DNA of 57,859 nucleotides, filler included, from Jimgerdemannia flammicorona (taxonomy: Eukaryota): assembly GCA_003990765.1 (NCBI GenBank). It is 3 parts of 3 records of this genome, joined end to end, with 100 filler letters (N's around TTAATTAATTAA, not from the genome) between each part and the next. Parts side by side here need not be neighbours in the genome. Positions count along the whole stretch, not along the records: positions 19,323 to 38,543 come from RBNJ01001997.1; 2 more parts are not named here. One strand, given 5' to 3'. The translations under genes and the position numbers were made by a program. Positions 24,060-36,845 of the stretch are shown piece after piece. The notes under the pieces are model-generated. The model did no database searches. It was given only the letters and a program-made list of their open reading frames with translations, and was not told the DNA's origin. Position 1 is the first letter of the stretch. Each line of letters starts with the position of its first letter.

Positions 24060-26088
24060 ATGGCAATCAACAAGCAAGCTGATATGTATACTAGGTCAGG
24101 TGGACCTGGAGCCTTCAACTAGCAACATGTTAGATGAGGGTATGGTTTAGGAATGGGGTCTTTCAGTGGTCTGAGTGGGTAGGACAGTTCAGGCAGTAGT
24201 AGTGACACTGGGGGAGGAGCAGAAGGACAGAAGAGAAGGAGCTTTACAGATATACTAAAGGCTAGTGGATGGCCTGTTGGATCTCATGGTAGGCAGATAG
24301 AGAGGAAGGAGAAGCAGAGAGAAAAGAAAGTAGGAGATATAGCTCAGCAGTCAGTGGGTGGAAGGGCTGGTGGAGTAGCTGCTGGGAGTAGGGGGGAAAC
24401 TGCTGATAGTGGCATGACTGGGAATCTGGAAAAAAATTCAGATATGACTGTTGATAGTGAAACTGGTCAGATGAGACAAAAGAGGAAAGAGGATCTGGCT
24501 GATAGTGTGATGGGGCTAGCAGTGGTACTGTTACTCAAGAAGTCAATCTTGGAGTTTGCAGTAACCTTGTGCTTCCAGGACTTGGCAGTGACAGCAAGGA
24601 TGGTTCTGGAAATTATCTTGAAGCAAGTAGCTGGAGCTGCCTTGATGAAGTTTCTGAAGAGATTGGAGGGGGTGGAGGTGGGTTTTGAGGAGGCAGGTCC
24701 ACTGGAGGAAGCTTTGAAGACTGAAGTGATGGTAGGAGAGGTAGTGGTTCCTATGGTACAGTGTTTGAGGTGGGACCCCAGAGTGGTTCAGTTACTAGTA
24801 AAGAGAGTGCCTATGGTGACAAAGGTTGTGACTAGGAGCAGGGTGGAGGAAGTGATAGCAGAGTATGGTGATATGGTCAATATTGGATTTCAGATGTAGG
24901 AGGAGACTGCTTTCAGGATTGATGATATTGACATTAGGATTAGACTGGTAGAGAGAGAGGCCACAGGGAAGATGAGTGACTGGCCTTCAGTTATATTGTG
25001 GGGGGCCTTTATCTGTAAGGTGTCAAGGGTGAAAGAGAGTGAGGAGGAGGAGAAGAATCTGTTGGAGACTCTAGAGGAGATGAGTGGGGCAGTAGAGCAG
25101 AGGACAAAGGTCTGGAAGATGTATAAAGAGTCTATGCATTTGGAAATTGTGGATGGGAAATATATTTGTACTGACAAGAGGCAGTGGGAGAGGGCTCAAG
25201 GGTGTATGAGACAGAGAGAGTTGTTGGCAAGCATAAAAGGAGGGACAAAGAAGAGTGCTGGTAGAGCTAAGGAGTCTAGAGATGCCAAAGTGAGTGTCTG
25301 GACTAGTAAGAGAGGGAAGAATGGAGAGGAGGGCCTAGATGGAGTCAGGAAGACACTGCACAATGACCCTTATACTGATGGTACATTTGAAGTCTGGGAA
25401 GAGGAATTAGATGACACTCTCTCTCTTATCAAGAGGAGTCCTGCTGAGAGGAGCAAAGCAGTAGAGGATGTGCTGATGCATGGTACCCAGTAAGTACACT
25501 TTGGAGTTCCTGATATAGTCAAAGGGAGACAGGTAGTGGCAGTTAGTGAGGATGAGCTGATAGATGTTCCAAAGAAGGAGTGGGATGAGACTACAAGTAT
25601 GGAGGCTGATATTACAATGTTGGATACCAGGAGGCCAGCAATACTAGAAGGGAAGGAGATGAGAAACCTATTGTAGATATACAGGATGATGAACAATCTT
25701 GTAGCTGAAGAGTTGAGAGAAGTGGACCTAAGAGTGATGAGCAAAGAGCATTGGGTACAGATCCTGCATGGTGATAGAGTAGTGGAGCCACTGAAGGTGG
25801 AGGTGCTTGCAATTCTTCTGGAGGAGGAGGGGTATGAGGTTGATAAGGGGAGAGAGACTGAGCTGGCAGTTGTTGCTAGTGAGTGGTCCACTACTGTGGG
25901 CAGAGTGTCATGATCTGAAGCTTTGGCAAGAGGTCTGCCTGGAGTATTATAAGGACTTTGAAGAAAAGGAGAATAGGGAGATGGCTAAACTTCTGGTTGA
26001 ATTGGAGGCAAAGGAAACTGAAGAGAAGAGATTGACTGCTGAATACAACTTAGATATAGTGCAAGAGGGAAGGGATGTGGATTTGTAG
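24060..26088 (+). pseudogene. LINE D ORF1 (decayed)
   Basis: Chain of ORF fragments homologous to LINE B ORF1. Confidence 0.75.
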
Positions 26089-26125
26089 AGGATATATGGG
26101 ATCTTACTTCTAAACATTATTCCCA

Positions 26126-29100
26126 ATGAACAGTACAACTAACATTTTTCTCTTAATGTGAATGGATTATAGGGATCTGAGTAGCAGAAGAACATTTTTA
26201 CTTGACTTAAGAGATTGGAGGCTGATCTCTTTCTGCTGCAGGATATATGTTGTGAGGATGATGTGGACCAAGTAGAGTAGACTAGAGAATGAGAAGGAGC
26301 TACAGCTTGAATTGACAAAGTGACAATTTTGGTATAGAGGAGTAAAGGAGAATTAGGTGGAATTAGAAGCTAGAGAGACCATTTGGTATAGGGGGAATGG
26401 TATTGACCTGGGTGAGAGCCAGTAAGAGTTGGCTCTTGCTACTGCCCAGTAGCTAGGAGTGAGAAGATTGTATAGATTAAGGGTCTTCTGGATGAGGGCA
26501 CATTCTTGGAGAATAGGGTGAATATTTTGGGAGGTGACTTCAATATGGTGTGAAATCTTCAGTTAGATAGAACTGATGGAGAGAGGAGTGCTGGCAGAAA
26601 GAGTGACAGCCTGGATGCATGGGAGGAGGTAGAGAACCTTAGCTCCTTAAGAGATATAGGCAGAATACAGTGGGGAGAAAAGAGAATTTACATGCATTGG
26701 GTGAATGATCTTGGTACAAGGATTGACTAGATACTGATGGCTGAATGCTGGGGCCTGGATGTTTGGAGGACTCTGGAGGTAGAGTAGTGTCTATAGTCAG
26801 ACTACTGGGGACTATTAGGATAGAGGCAGTTTGGGGGAAGTGGAGATGGACCCAGACATTGGTACCTTAACTCCTTTTTGCTAGCTGAGAAGATATTGTG
26901 GGACCTTTGGGCAGAGGATATTTAGGTAAAGATCATAAGCTGAGTACATGAGAGCTTGCAAGTAGATGTTTATTGGATGAAGTTAAAAGAGGCTGTGAGA
27001 GTCTACTGGAGAGAAGTTGGTAGGAATGCTAAGAGGTGAAGAAGGAAAAGAGTATGGTGTGCTTCCAATAGATTAGTTAGATTATATATAGAATGGGCTG
27101 ATTTGATAAACTCTGGTGAGGTGGATGATTGGAGATTAGTGTGAGCTAGATTAGAAGTAATGGAGTTACAACAGGTGTTGAGAGAGGAAGAGGAGATGCA
27201 TGTGAAAGTAATGGCAGCTAGGTTGAGGTAGTAGGGGCTGGAGGAGAGGGAGAGACCAACTAGGTACTTGTCAAGGCTCCTCTAGATGAGAAGGGTATGA
27301 CATTGGTGAGATGGAGTCCTTGATGCTGAGAGAGAAATGATACATAGTATGCAATAGATCTTAGAGTTGCTAAAGGAGTAGTGGAGGGGTCTGTGGAGTG
27401 AGAAGAAAGGGGGTACTGATGTAGAGGCAATTGGAGACACTCTAGCAAACTGGAAGCTACTGTAAGTGGAGGGCCTGGGGGATTTGATTCTTCTGATCCA
27501 AGTAGAGGAGATCTAGGGAGTTCTTGTAGCAACTAAGCTTGGTATAGTACTAGGAGAGGATGGGCTATCTTGGGACTTTTGAAAGAAGATGGTGGGGGTC
27601 CCTGGAGTATTAGGTGAGATGGCAGCCCTCTGTGATTTTGTTCTCCTGAGAGGTCATGAGTGGAAGGGCATAACCTAGGGCTGGTGGCTCTATTGTACAA
27701 GGATAAGGGAAGGAGGGAGAATTGGAAGAACTGGAGGCTGATCATGCTGCTGGATATGGACAGGAAGATAGTTACTAAGGTGATTATGGTAAGATTACAG
27801 AGAGTTGCCCAACAGATATTGGGAGAGAAGCAGCAGGGCTTTGTTGGAGGCAGACTTATTAGAGATGAGATGACCTGGGTCCATGGTATCATTGAAGGGG
27901 TAAGGGCTAGTAGATTGGATGGGAGACTGGTCTTTCTGAATCAGGAGAAGGTCTATGCCCATATTTGGCAAGTGTGGCTGGGCAAGGTACTGGACAGAAT
28001 AGGAGTTCCCCTACTATTTCAAGCTTCTATGTTGAATTTGTTAGAGAGTAGTAGGGTGGTGCTGATGTATAATGGTCACCAGGGTATGGTGTTTCCTTTG
28101 GAGAGAGGAGTTCCTCAGGGGGATCCACTGTTTCCTATTCTATATGCTCTTTCTTTAGAAACTTTGATAGATAGGATTTGGCAAAAGGTGGCCGAGCTTA
28201 TTATTTATGGTATAGTGTGGAAGATGGGGGCCTTTGCAGATGACATGGTGGTTAGACTTGGATTAGTGGCAGATGTTGAGGCTCTTAAGGAGACAGTAGA
28301 ATGGTATGTGGTATACTCTGGTACAAAACTCAACTAGTATAAGTATGAGACAATAGTGCTGGGAAATGAGTTAGTGAGAGGGGACATCATTGGAATAATT
28401 GTCTCAGCAGAAGAGACAGTGAGATATCTGGGCATCTTCTTTTCAGTGTATGGATTAGTCTTGCTACAGATGTGGTGAAAGAAGAGGGTGACCATCTGGG
28501 GGGAGGCACTTTGAGGCTGGGGAGGTTGCCACATCTCCCTGACAGGCCAAGTAATAATTCTGAATATCTACTGGTTTTCTAAGCTGTGGTATATTGCCTA
28601 TCATTTGGACTTTCCAGCTTAGGTAGTAAAGAGACTGATGAAGCTGGCTAGAGACTGAATTTGGGCTGGGAGGTGGTTCCAGATTAGTTGGAAAACCCCT
28701 TCAATACCAGTAGTTTGAGAGGAGCTAGGACTGGTGGACTTTCCTAAGAGGCTGTACTGCCTGAGAGCTTGGTGGTTGAAGTGGGCTGTGGAACTAAGGG
28801 GAGAAGGATGAGTGCCATTGATGCAGAAGGTGTGGGAGATGAGATTCTCCCCAAGGGGGTCCTCAGGGAATTTGCTTTCTCTGATGGACCTGGGTGGAAG
28901 TCATTGGCTACAGTATAAAGGCTTCTGGTGAGGAGTAGCAGATGGAGCACACTGTATTAGCTTGCACTGGTATAGCAATGAAGGAGAGATGCTGTGGGGA
29001 CCAGCTATATGGAGATGGGACAGATTGCTTCTGGAGGGCACTCCTTTTATTGAATTTGATATTAGTGATGGAGTGGAGTATCAGAGGAGACTTGGTCAGA

Positions 29101-29732
29101 ATCTTTGGCCTAGTGGTTGGCAAGTAGTGAGGATTAACAAGGACTGGAATTGGGCAGAAGTCTGGACATAAAGTGCTGAGGTGTGGAGGTGGCTTCCTCT
29201 CAAGTACTAAGTAGTATGGTGGCAGATGCTATAGAGAAATATCATGTTGAATTTCCAAGCTGGACATCTGGTGGATGGTGGCCTACTGGAATGTGAAGCA
29301 TGCTACAATGTTGGACAAGTTGGGGAATTTGTGCAGATGCCAGAACATTGGCTGAGAGAGTGTGAGGTGCTGGGGGACTTTTGGATAGTAGTAGGGGACC
29401 AGCTGGATATAAAGAGGAGACCAGAGGAGGAGAGAGGTTGCTGGGATGATTTGAGAACTAGATTGATAAGTGGGGTGAGCAATGAATGGCTTACTGTAGA
29501 GTGAGTTTTAGCTGTATGGGTAGGGCTAGCTGGACATTGGCTCTTTATTTTTGAAGAGAGGTGACAGCTGGGTCTATAAGAGAGATTGTTAAGATGGGGA
29601 GATATGTATACTGACAGGGTGGTGGGTTGGATGGAGCCCCTAGGATGATGTCACTGCCATCTGATGGAAGAGATTTGTGGACAGAGTGGTGGGCAGGTGG
29701 AGGTGATTAATGGCCTAATAGTCTTTAATTGA
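26126..29732 (+). pseudogene. LINE D ORF2 (APE endonuclease, RT, C-terminal Cys/His motif; decayed)
   Basis: LNVNGL, ILGGDFN, NWRLIMLLDMDRKI, GVPQGDPLFP, FADD, RYLG and CEAC...EHWLREC motifs. Confidence 0.92.
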
Positions 29733-29875
29733 GAGAGAGTGAGAGGGAGGGGGGCCCTAGAGAGATCAGATAGGGGTGGGCTTAGTGTATTATATATGGG
29801 ATAGATGGCTGAATTAATAAAGATAGGAGTTCAAGTAACTATTAAAAAAAAAAAAAAAAAAGAAATCAATCTGAT

Positions 29876-32684
29876 GGAAGCCTGAGAACAGATCCAGGGT
29901 GGTGTAGTATTTGGCTTCACTTCCAAGGGTGGTAAGGATTTCATGAATATTTGGTAAGGACTACCTATTCTTCTTAGTGATTGCATTGAGCTTCCTGTAA
30001 TCAATGTAGAGTATTAGGGCAAACTCTCCAGGCTTGCTTCTTTTCTTTGGAGTAAGGATAATGAGTGAAGCCCAGAGACTGATAGCTTGCTTGATGATTC
30101 TGGCTTCTTTCATTTCCTTGAGTTCTGCTCATAGTAATTCTCTGTAGGCAGGTGGTATAGGTCTGGCTTTCTGATAGATGAGCTTGATATCACCAGTATC
30201 AACTTCATAGTAGTACTTGGGTTCTTGATTATAGATATCTCTGAAGTCTGTGGCAAGTACTTCTTTGTTCTGGTGCAGGATCTTGAGAAGTTGTTCTTCT
30301 AGAGGAAAGTTTTCTCTAATAGTATATATGTGCTTATTCTTTCTTATACTCAAGTTCAGTAATATTGGTGGCAGTATAGGCTCCTCTTCCAGTAAATTTA
30401 AAGCCTTGTTCTCCTCTCTTGGTCTTGATGAGATTGATGGCTTCAGTGATCTTAGACTTCTTGACTTCATAGATCAGCATCTGGTCAATTCTGTCATACT
30501 TCTTGACTTTGAATGGGGTGGTGGAGTTGTGATTCCTATCTATAAGTGTAATCAGAGTCAATTACTCCTCCTTTAATTGAGATTTCACTTTTGGCCAGAC
30601 TGCTCCTGGTCTTGATAATTCTAGTATAGTTTTCTGACAACTTGACTTCAATTCTACTGCCAAGTAGAGTGGTGGTCTGTGGTTTGAGGGTAGCATCTTA
30701 AATGCTGGCAAGGTCTATTCCTATGGCTCCTTCAGTCTTATATTCTGAGATTTTGGCTTTGGAGTAAAACTTCTTAACTTTGAGGGTGATGTCTGGTTCT
30801 TGTTCCTCCTCATCATCACTGTCAGCTTGAAGCTCTGGGGGCTGGTCATCTTCTTCAGCTTCTCTTTTTGCTTCAGCAGCTTCTTGCTTATACTTTTGTT
30901 AGTGAAATTTCCTGACTTCACTGATACAGGACTAGCAGTCATTCAGATATTCAGAGTAGTACATCCTGGTACCATGAGGGCATCTTACTTGAGGGGCATA
31001 GCCATCAATGATCTTGTAAAGCCATTGGTTGCTAATAAGGATGTCATAGTTGGTAGCACTTATAACAATTACATCTACTAGGATAGTAGCTTCTCCTAAC
31101 TTAATAGGTACTTCTCAGATCTTACCTAGGGAGGTAGCTTATGTATCATCTGCTGTAACATAGACCATCTTGGTGGACTCTTCAATGTCCCAGCCTAGGT
31201 GGTCAATTGTCTTCTTGCTTATGAGGCATCCTCTAGCACCAGTATCAATAATGGCATCAAAGATATAATCTTCAATCTGACATAGAGTATAGGCTGATAT
31301 CTTATACTGGTCTTCAGATTCTTTGCCTGAGTCTTCAGATTCTTCTTGTACATTATGAGCTTCTACAATCTTATACTCTTGATTCTTAGCAGTAGTTGTA
31401 AGTTCTACTCTCAACTGCTGTCTGAAGGCAGAGACTTCAACTAGCTGTCCAAAAGTAGTATTGACCTTCTGTTCCTTGAGGTCCTTGTAGATATCATACT
31501 GGTGGATCTTGGTATTGTATAGCTTCTATTCTTTCTTGCTTTCACTTTCTCCTGAGACTGGAGTAGTGTCTTTGATAATTTGATAGGCAGCTTCATCTAG
31601 CTCCATGTCTTGATCAATCTCCTCAGATTGGGTCTTACTTTGAATAGTGATAGCTGATGTCTTCTTTGGTCTTCCAACTGGCTTATGGTTGCTCTTCTTG
31701 TCATATGGCTTGGACCAGGTTCTGGTATCTTCAGTAACAGGGTAGAATTCAGACTCCTTGTAGTATTCTTTATCATCAGTATTACCAATCTCCTTGATAA
31801 CTACTGTATTAGTTTGTTCTCTGGTTCTAGTGGTGTTACTGGGTTGGGCCTTGTATCTTATTTCAGTCATACAACTCTTTGCATAATGGCCTTCTTCTCT
31901 ATATCTGAAGTATGTGATATTGTATTCTTCTATACCAACTGCAAATCTCTATACTGATCTCTTGTTAGCACTTTAGACTTCTCTAACAACATTACTAAAT
32001 TATGCAGTTATCTCAGCAAACTGCTTGGCAAGTTCCTCCACTGGGTCAGCTTTGGCTATCTTGGGGATAGATGGAGATGGTTGTCTGTTTATAACTGTAG
32101 CAAGTATGATACTGGTTGACTTTGATGGCTCTATCTTGATACCAGTTATTTTCTTCATTGAGCATTTGGTAGAGTATCTGATAGTTCAATATCTCTGTGC
32201 AAAGACCACTTTCTGGTCAAGAGTCAGAGCAGCTGGGGTAGACCAGATTGCTAGGGCAATTTTAGGGTGAACTCCTTTGAGAAAGATTGAATCTGCTATT
32301 TGTTCCTTGAGGGCATCATTATAGCTAGCCAAGATAATCTGGTAGCAGATTCAGGTATAGAATAAGTTGAGATTTTCACTAAGTCTCTGGCAGATAGTAT
32401 TGAGTTGATCCTTGAGAGTTTGCTTGATCTCTTCAGTATAGTATGTGGTTCTGAGAAAGATCTTCATGTTGGTAAGTTTGGCTATACCAGTATCAGTAAT
32501 AGTAGCTATATTGAACTTATCTCTGGCAGGTCCTCTGAGGCTGACTGGTAGAAGGGCCAATTGTACATCCATGTTAAGGACTCATACAGCAGTAAATTTT
32601 TCAAAGTCTTCAATGAAGGTCAGGATTGACTCTTTAGTAGTATATCCACAGAATATAGGGGGATGCATTTCCATCTTATCTTGA
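29876..32684 (-). pseudogene. gag, protease and RT 5' half of family 2
   Basis: LRGPARDKF (gag), ITYFRYREEGHYAKSC (mutated CCHC), AIIDTGA (PR), YIDYRKLN and LDLFSGFHQI (RT). Confidence 0.9.
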
Positions 32685-32793
32685 ATTCTTGCAGAGATGA
32701 CTCTTGTAGTCAGAGTAGTTGTTATGGTAGTTATTCATTTTTTAGCTTGAAAGTGAGGGTTCATCTTGAATCACCAGCCAATGGGCACCAAGT

Positions 32794-34281
32794 TGTCACA
32801 TAGTGGTCACTGAGTTCTTCAAATATATCAGATTTTCTTCAAGGTGTATCTCTTAGACTAACTCAAGTTTGTTATAAGTAAGTTCTTATTAGAGTACCTT
32901 CTCAAGATCTTATAGTTCTCAAACTTCTTATCTTTAAACTGTCTTGTTATCTTTTTAGATTTCTTACAAGGAATTGTATATATTGTACTAAGAGGAACTG
33001 ACTTTATTTCAAAGGAAATAAGAGGAGTATTTATATAAAATATAATTCAATAGTTGCTAAAATATAAAGCTAAATATAAATTCTAATAACCAAATAAAAT
33101 ACTGGAACATAGAAAACTACAGTTGTTAGTATAGATTCCAGTATTGGTACAGATGGTTATATAAGTTCAGAGTGCTGGTAGAATTTTGATGGTACAGGAA
33201 AAGAATGCTAGAAGAATTCAGAGTCACATAGGATCAGAATGCCAGTGGAAGGATTAACTATTATATGGGAAAAGGATGCTGGCAGAATTCAGCATCACCA
33301 AGAACTCAGAACAGAAAGTTCAGGACCATGGGGGCTTTGTCCTTATCACTGTCCTCAAAGGAGATGAGATCTGTGAACATTTTGTCTATTTTACATACTT
33401 CATCATACATTTCACATATATTGTGTGGGATGATGTCATTGCTGATGATGTCATCACATTTGGTAGCAGGGAGAGCAAAAAGATCAGGGGCTCTCCAGTC
33501 TATGAGATCCTTTTCAACAAAATAAGAGACAAATATAAGGTCTTGAAGAGGTCTAACCTAGATGCTTGGGCCTTAGAATACTGAGATCACTTCTTATAGA
33601 AATTGATCTGAGTTGTCCTGGAGGATGGGATATCAGAACTCTTCTACCTCATCACTATTGAGGGTGATAGTGGACTGGACTTCTGTAGCCACTATGACTT
33701 CTAGTATATTGATATAGTGGGCTGACAGATCTCTAAAGTCTGAGACTCTGGTATACTCCAAGTTGGAGATCGACCATAGTGTATGCCTAAAGATCTGATG
33801 AATTTTCTTGGCTGTCCTTATTTCATATATATCCATAAGAATGACATCTTGTAGCTCTTAAAGACTGACTTGAGAGAATTTCTGATAGAGGAGGTTTCCT
33901 ATTTCATATTCTTGTCACATCTGGAGATATTTGGTAGCAATGGTAATTCTTGTTTCCATCTCATAGTGGTAGAGAATATAATGATAAGAGTTGCCAGTAC
34001 CCAGGTTAACACTAGAAGTCCTTATAGTATAGATCCTTATGACTCTTTAGATATCTTAGAATATCCTTTTCTGGACTGAGGGACCTTGGTGATTCCTTGA
34101 CCTTAAGGTTTGGCAAGCAGCAGGTATTTTGTTTGTAGTAAGTCTTTGAGAGTTGGTCATCATGGCTCATCTTGTAGCCTGGGTGAGTCATGCTGTATGA
34201 TCTTCTTGTGCTCTGATCTGGTGGCTTGTAAGGAAAGGCTGTCTCCTATGCTGATGTCATCATTCTGAGGTCACCATTATA
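32794..34281 (-). repeat. 5' LTR of family 2 (~1488 bp)
   Basis: Ends ...TGTGACA 3 nt before the PBS; the right end matches the 3' LTR start next to the PPT. Confidence 0.8.
33594..34163 (-). pseudogene. LTR-encoded accessory ORF (5' LTR copy)
   Basis: Same 190-codon frame as 20734-21303. The frame stays protein-like to ~33260. Confidence 0.55.
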
Positions 34282-34936
34282 ATATATATGAATAATATAT
34301 TTTTATTTTATACTCCACTCACATACAATAAATGTCGGGTTTCAAAAAGAGAGCACGTCCCGCTCTTAAATCATTTTCCTCTTGACTGAAATAATCTGCA
34401 CACATCTCCGCCAAGCAAGACTGGAAACTGATCGTCCTATCCGCCGAGTTAAATTAGATGACTTTAGCTCGTCGACAATATCTTTGCTATTGATCTTCCA
34501 CCTCCAATATATTGATATTTCTACAAAATTTTACCTTCAAACGCCATATCATTCTTTATCAAATTTCCATACTTCTTAAGATGTGCAATGCGACCGCCCC
34601 CGAATCGTAGAGCTGCTTGACAAGCAAATTAATAAGAGACAGCACTATCACCATACTGGCTGATACACATTAATCATTAAGGTATTCAAAGATGTTCAAG
34701 ACAGATATTCCATTTCTCGACGATATGGAGCGTGAGAGAAGGTCAGATGCGGGACAAGGTCAATGATAACCAGGTTAAAAGTAGATCTCCGTGGGTGAAC
34801 AAAGAGAGGCCCGAGTACCCTCCGAATTCGCATTCTGATTGATGAGGAAATGGAACAAAATGAACGGCGCTCTTTAGCTTCCTTTATATCCACGCACAGA
34901 AATTTGAGCTCATAACACATGTTTATCTCTGCCATT

Positions 34937-34969
<33 letters not shown>

Positions 34970-36845
34970 GTCAGCTAAATGAGGGAATCACTGTGGTAAC
35001 GCCAAATGGCGATAATTGATCCTCTTTGGCCTTATATATTGCACAATCTCTCGAAAGTTGATCATAACTATCCTAACCCCAGATGAAAGTATTTTTTACT
35101 CTTTCATTTTTAGAGATCATCATTGAACCTTCTAAAAGTCAATTGCCCAAACCTCTTAAAGCTCACTTCCTATACGGATGACGACAAATGTGTCAGTGAA
35201 ATGAGAACATTCAAAATTACAGAACAGCAAGCACGGATATGTTAGTTAAATGTTGCAGTGGGTATAGGCAGAGAGCTGTCAGGAAATTCAAAGGCTTTCT
35301 ACCTACTCATGCTGTTCCGTCTGCCTCCTATGCTCTTACCTCGTAACCGTCTTTTCCGATGGGCGTGCTACTAACTTTGAAAACGTGATCCGTTGTAACG
35401 TGGCGGAGTGCGAAGGCCTGATTGATTTTCCATTTCTATACAAAAGGGAGTAGTTTCGCATGTCATCTCCGAGAATCCGAACGGTCATTCAAATCTTTGA
35501 TTCTCTCGGCAGAAAGCAAAAAAGGACATCGCCTGCTCTTCAACAGTGTAGGGCCTCTCAGTCATATTCACCTCGTGCCCATCCCGCTGGCGGCCTGAGA
35601 GTGAAGCTTTCGGCCGGTCGTGATGTTCTGGAACCGGATGACCCCTATAGCGGACGGGTATGCTCTTGTTGAATGATCCGGAGTGAGCAGGCAGTACATA
35701 GAATGCGATTTGTGGGTAATTTACTGTCGGTAAAGACCTGGAAACATGTAGTTATCGTTGTGAGGTCATCTCTCGCTCGTCTTCTCCAGGACCCGCCTCC
35801 TACTGGATGTCAATAGCTAACCATGTGCTGTCCGCTCCCCTTGCCGTGTGTATATCTTTCGTCCTTCGAGGTCTTACATGGACGTAATGTCGTATTGTTC
35901 AGCCCTCCCCCAGATGGCGCCGCCTAGTGCTCCGAACGGGGCCGAGACCTTCGGTGCAAGCTTCACATGAGACACATCAACTGTGCCAGCCACATCAGGG
36001 ACTTTCAGATTGATTGACACGAGCCTGTAGCCTCTTCATTCCTCTTAGCTTTGAAATGTCAGTCTCAAGATAGACCACCACACGAAACATTTTCCCCGAG
36101 CTGTAAAACATCTCTTAGCGATCCCGCTTGTTACAGGAATTCACGGGAATGTATTGGAAATTTTCAAATCGGATTGCCAATAAGAATTCTTCGATTCTCC
36201 TAGTATGTTGTCAAACATGACAAATCCTAATACCCCTTTAAAACCCTTTGCTGACTTTCCGAAATTGCCATATTTCTAGTTTTCGGTTCTCTGCAAAGGT
36301 GAATGATTTCAGATGTAATTGGGCTGGTTACATTGCGCCGTAGTTGTCCTATTTGCGCCTCTACACAACACTAAATTTTTTATTCTTTCGCACCTTCTGC
36401 TTCCCCATTTTACATGTAATCTAAGTAGTCTACACCTTGACTTCGCAGAAGTGGAGGACCAAGCCTGAGAGCAAAGGCAGGCGCTCTACCTCGATTAGAC
36501 CCGATGTTGACGAGCGAAAAGTGTTACGGTGCTAGCCGTTGGCGGTACAATCCAGATGTCACGCCGCATGGACAATGCTCAAGCTAGAACAAATCCAATG
36601 TCATGGCTAATGTGTCCATTTCTGGAAGAATCACACGCTCTCTCATAATAAATAGTGGCTTTGGAGAGGGTTTAACTGATTATTGACATTTATAAGATAC
36701 ACAATTTATTGCTTCTTTCATCACACATTTGCACAGAACTTTACAAATGAATTCAAGATTATTGCTCCACTACATTGCTGCCGTACGTAGGTCTGTGGCA
36801 GTTACCTCCACCACAAGGATAGGTTATTCCTATTTGACTCCTGGC

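Larger units (their letters stand above)
23969..29861 (+). mobile_element. Full-length L1/Tx1-type LINE (copy D, ~5.9 kb) inserted antisense in the Gypsy RT
   Basis: ORF1 and ORF2, AATAAA at 29816 and poly(A) at 29844-29861. 14-bp TSD: GAGACCAATCTGAT (23955-23968) and GAAATCAATCTGAT (29862-29875). The Gypsy RT rejoins as DLFSGFHQIGL. Confidence 0.96.
20501..34281 (-). mobile_element. Ty3/Gypsy LTR retrotransposon (family 2), split by a LINE
   Basis: Repeat 20501-21421 = 33361-34281. PPT (AGGAGGAAGA) at 21422-21431 and PBS (TGGTGCCCATTGG) at 32778-32790. Decayed gag, PR, RT, RH and IN. Confidence 0.93.

Noticed and set aside
34380..35200. Possible minus-strand gene remnant
   Set aside because: Splice-like signals exist, but all frames have stops and no motif is recognisable.
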